Source: Phoronis australis (taxonomy: Eukaryota; Animalia; Phoronida). From it: DNA of 64,000 bases. The notes below the pieces were generated by a model. That model did no database searches. It worked only from the letters and a program-made list of their open reading frames with translations, and had not been told where the DNA came from. Positions 62,629-64,000 of this stretch are shown one piece after another; position 1 is the first letter of the stretch, and every line of letters begins with the position of its first letter. A program made the position numbers and the translations under genes. Where the stretch lies: positions 124,001 to 188,000 of the forward strand of contig NMRA01000470.1 in assembly GCA_002633005.1 (NCBI GenBank), read 5' to 3'.

Positions 62629-63995
62629 TTAAAGGAGAATGCCACCCGATTTACTTAGTCTTTTTTACCGTCTTAATCGGTCTATATCCACATCGCCTCT
62701 TATAAGGTCGATCTCACCTTGCCGAGAGGTGTCGCGTTAACCTGTGAGGAAGGTGAGAAGCGACGCAGCGACGTCAGTGGTTCGTCTGCAGAGTGAATGC
62801 CGGTTCCCGCTTGTCCGAGCTATGAAGCTGCGAAGAAAGCGGATACATTGTTTTTTCAACTTCCTCGAGAGCCCGAAATGCTTAGGAAGTGGCTCGCGGT
62901 AATGAAGAATGAAAGGTACGCTGTTAATAGCAAGTATGAGGCCGTGAAACATCTCCGTGTCTGTGGCTGGCATTTCGTAGAGAGTGATTTCTCTGACGAA
63001 TTCCGGCTTTCCAAAGAACTATCCATACGTTCCGTTGCCTATGCATGTTCACGGCGCCTCTCTAGTATTTCTTGATTAGTGTACACCGGTTCGAACTGAT
63101 AGCGAGTGAAACCTAACGATCCAACCCGTGAAGTCTTCGTCGGATGAGCTCTTGACTAAGTCGGGATTGGCGCCGGGCGAGTTGCCATGTAGACGTTTAT
63201 TATTCTGTGTTCTGTTTCAAAATGAATTTTTGTCATCCTAAAGTGATCCTAACCAATGCTTATATGAAACTAAAACAAAGTCTGTCTCATTAGATAAAAT
63301 TTGTAATGCCTTGGAGTGCTCGTGAGTGCAAATGTTTTGAGAATGCAGCAATGAATAAACCACTGCGAAGCCGTGTGAGCGCATGCTAATTCAGTGTTTG
63401 CTGACAGATAGCTGTTATGAAACAATTACTCGATTTTATATGCTACTGTCACATGTTAGGGGAATCTTTATTTAGAAATACAACTACATTATTCAAATCC
63501 TTGATACTGTACAACCTTTGCCCTGACGGTCTGTGGAAGGGGAACCCGACTTCGCGGCCCCCGACAAGTACAGATTTTCAATTTCGTGGCTAATTCACAT
63601 AAATAATTACGTGCACATTATTTTTTTGGCTCCCTATTATAGTCTTTTCGTGACTGGAGGTTTAGTTTCCAACTCAAGCTGGTTTATGTTCGTGCCAGTC
63701 CCGGCGGCCGCGATGGGCCTGATCGGGTTCCGAGCCACTGGCCGGGATAACAAGCGTTTTATGTGTTTAGAACTCAAAAAATCACAAGTATAAACAACAC
63801 AGATCTAGGTTCTCTTGTCTGCATTTCATTGAAGAATACTTTGAATTTATCTCCGAACAGACCCCAAACTCCTGCTACGGACCTTGGTAAATTGGCCTGC
63901 CGAACTTTGCCAGGCTACGGTGTGTCCAAATACCAGTAAATCCGTAACAGCGAAATAAAACAACGCGTTTTTATAAGAACTCGGTGTATTTTTAA
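62629..63995 (+). mobile_element. Kolobok-like DNA transposon carrying a THAP-domain ORF relic (62797-63075)
   Basis: TTAA-AGGAGAATGCC terminus. MPVPAC..FFQLPREPEMLRKW..LRVCGWHFVESDF is a THAP-like C2CH finger missing its first Cys. The right end is uncertain. Confidence 0.55.
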
Positions 63996-64000
63996 GGGTT

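Overview
Eukaryotic (metazoan, probably marine-invertebrate) genomic DNA: AT-rich, with GT-AG introns, many transposon relics and assembly Ns. Two host genes point towards each other. (1) On the + strand, a 3-coding-exon FAM184-family coiled-coil gene (9228-12457, 391 aa). Its first splice donor has been amplified into a 35-bp minisatellite. (2) On the - strand, a gene of more than 44 kb whose 5' end is not identified in this window. It has at least 14 intact, symmetric phase-1 exons each encoding one Ig-like domain, and one apparently dead Ig exon. Its terminal exon (15641-14383) encodes a transmembrane helix, a helical linker and a domain resembling the dynein heavy-chain microtubule-binding domain (MTBD). 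The predicted product is a >=1,900-aa Ig-superfamily surface protein with a cytoplasmic dynein-MTBD-like module, and this is the most unusual thing in the window. The introns hold RNase H-bearing LINE relics, an Academ-like DNA transposon, a Harbinger element with nested insertions, Kolobok/THAP relics, Helentron-type (DINE-like) elements, hAT-like MITEs with 5-6 bp target-site duplications (TSDs), and Penelope-type fragments with minimal hammerhead-ribozyme-like motifs. All calls come from reading the sequence by eye; no database searches were run.
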